From: Alphaproteobacteria bacterium
GTDB taxonomy: Bacteria; Pseudomonadota; Alphaproteobacteria; GCA-2731375
Length of the DNA stretch: 64,000 nucleotides
NCBI GenBank assembly: GCA_965225945.1
Contig: CBDDBZ010000038.1
Span: 128,001 to 192,000, forward strand
Direction of reading: 5' to 3'
The notes under the pieces are model-generated. The model was not told the origin of the DNA and searched no databases. It was given only the letters and a program-made list of their open reading frames with translations. The position numbers and the translations under genes are program-made. Of the stretch, positions 63,848 to 64,000 are shown in pieces; within the stretch, counting starts at the first letter, position 1; each line of letters begins with the position of its first letter.

Positions 63848-64000
63848 GGCCAAAACGCCCACTGGCACCCGAATGGGGGGTGACAAGCAATTCTTGATCG
63901 CGGATACTGAGACCCGATAGCCGTCCCCGCGCGGGCGGCGATGGTGGGTCCGAGGAGCCGGGTGGGATGAGCCGAAGCGGAAACTTCGATCGGGGCGGCG

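Noticed and set aside
1-64000. tRNA or rRNA genes
   Set aside because: None recognised by eye; tRNAscan-SE and Rfam were not run.

Overview
GC-rich alphaproteobacterial chromosome (divK, eipB-like, TIGR02186, DUF992 and a CtrA-like box; Rhodospirillales-like by inference). Housekeeping blocks (1-13.8 kb, 22.7-42.8 kb, 48.2-49.3 kb, 62.5-64 kb) are broken by dense, nested mobile DNA: a group II intron plus IS3-like, IS256, two IS21, IS1595, IS4, IS66, IS1380 and IS630 elements. There are several pseudogenes. The main finding is a group II intron that appears to home into itself. Its putative EBS1 (CAGAUC) is complementary to its own DV/DVI junction (GATCTG), one complete copy sits exactly at that junction in a second copy, and six tandem 38-bp domain VI units have piled up at the 3' splice site in an alpha-2-macroglobulin gene, like a tally of nested insertions. 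Other findings: a probable ArsM-like selenoprotein (in-frame TGA plus SECIS-like hairpin); an IS66 carrying a Dam-like methyltransferase inside its terminal repeats; a fold-back IS1595 bounded by one 8-bp target duplication; a decayed HigBA(IrrE)-SMODS-SLATT defence operon; and a nested-palindrome MITE-like element. Product calls come from motif recognition by eye; no searches were run.
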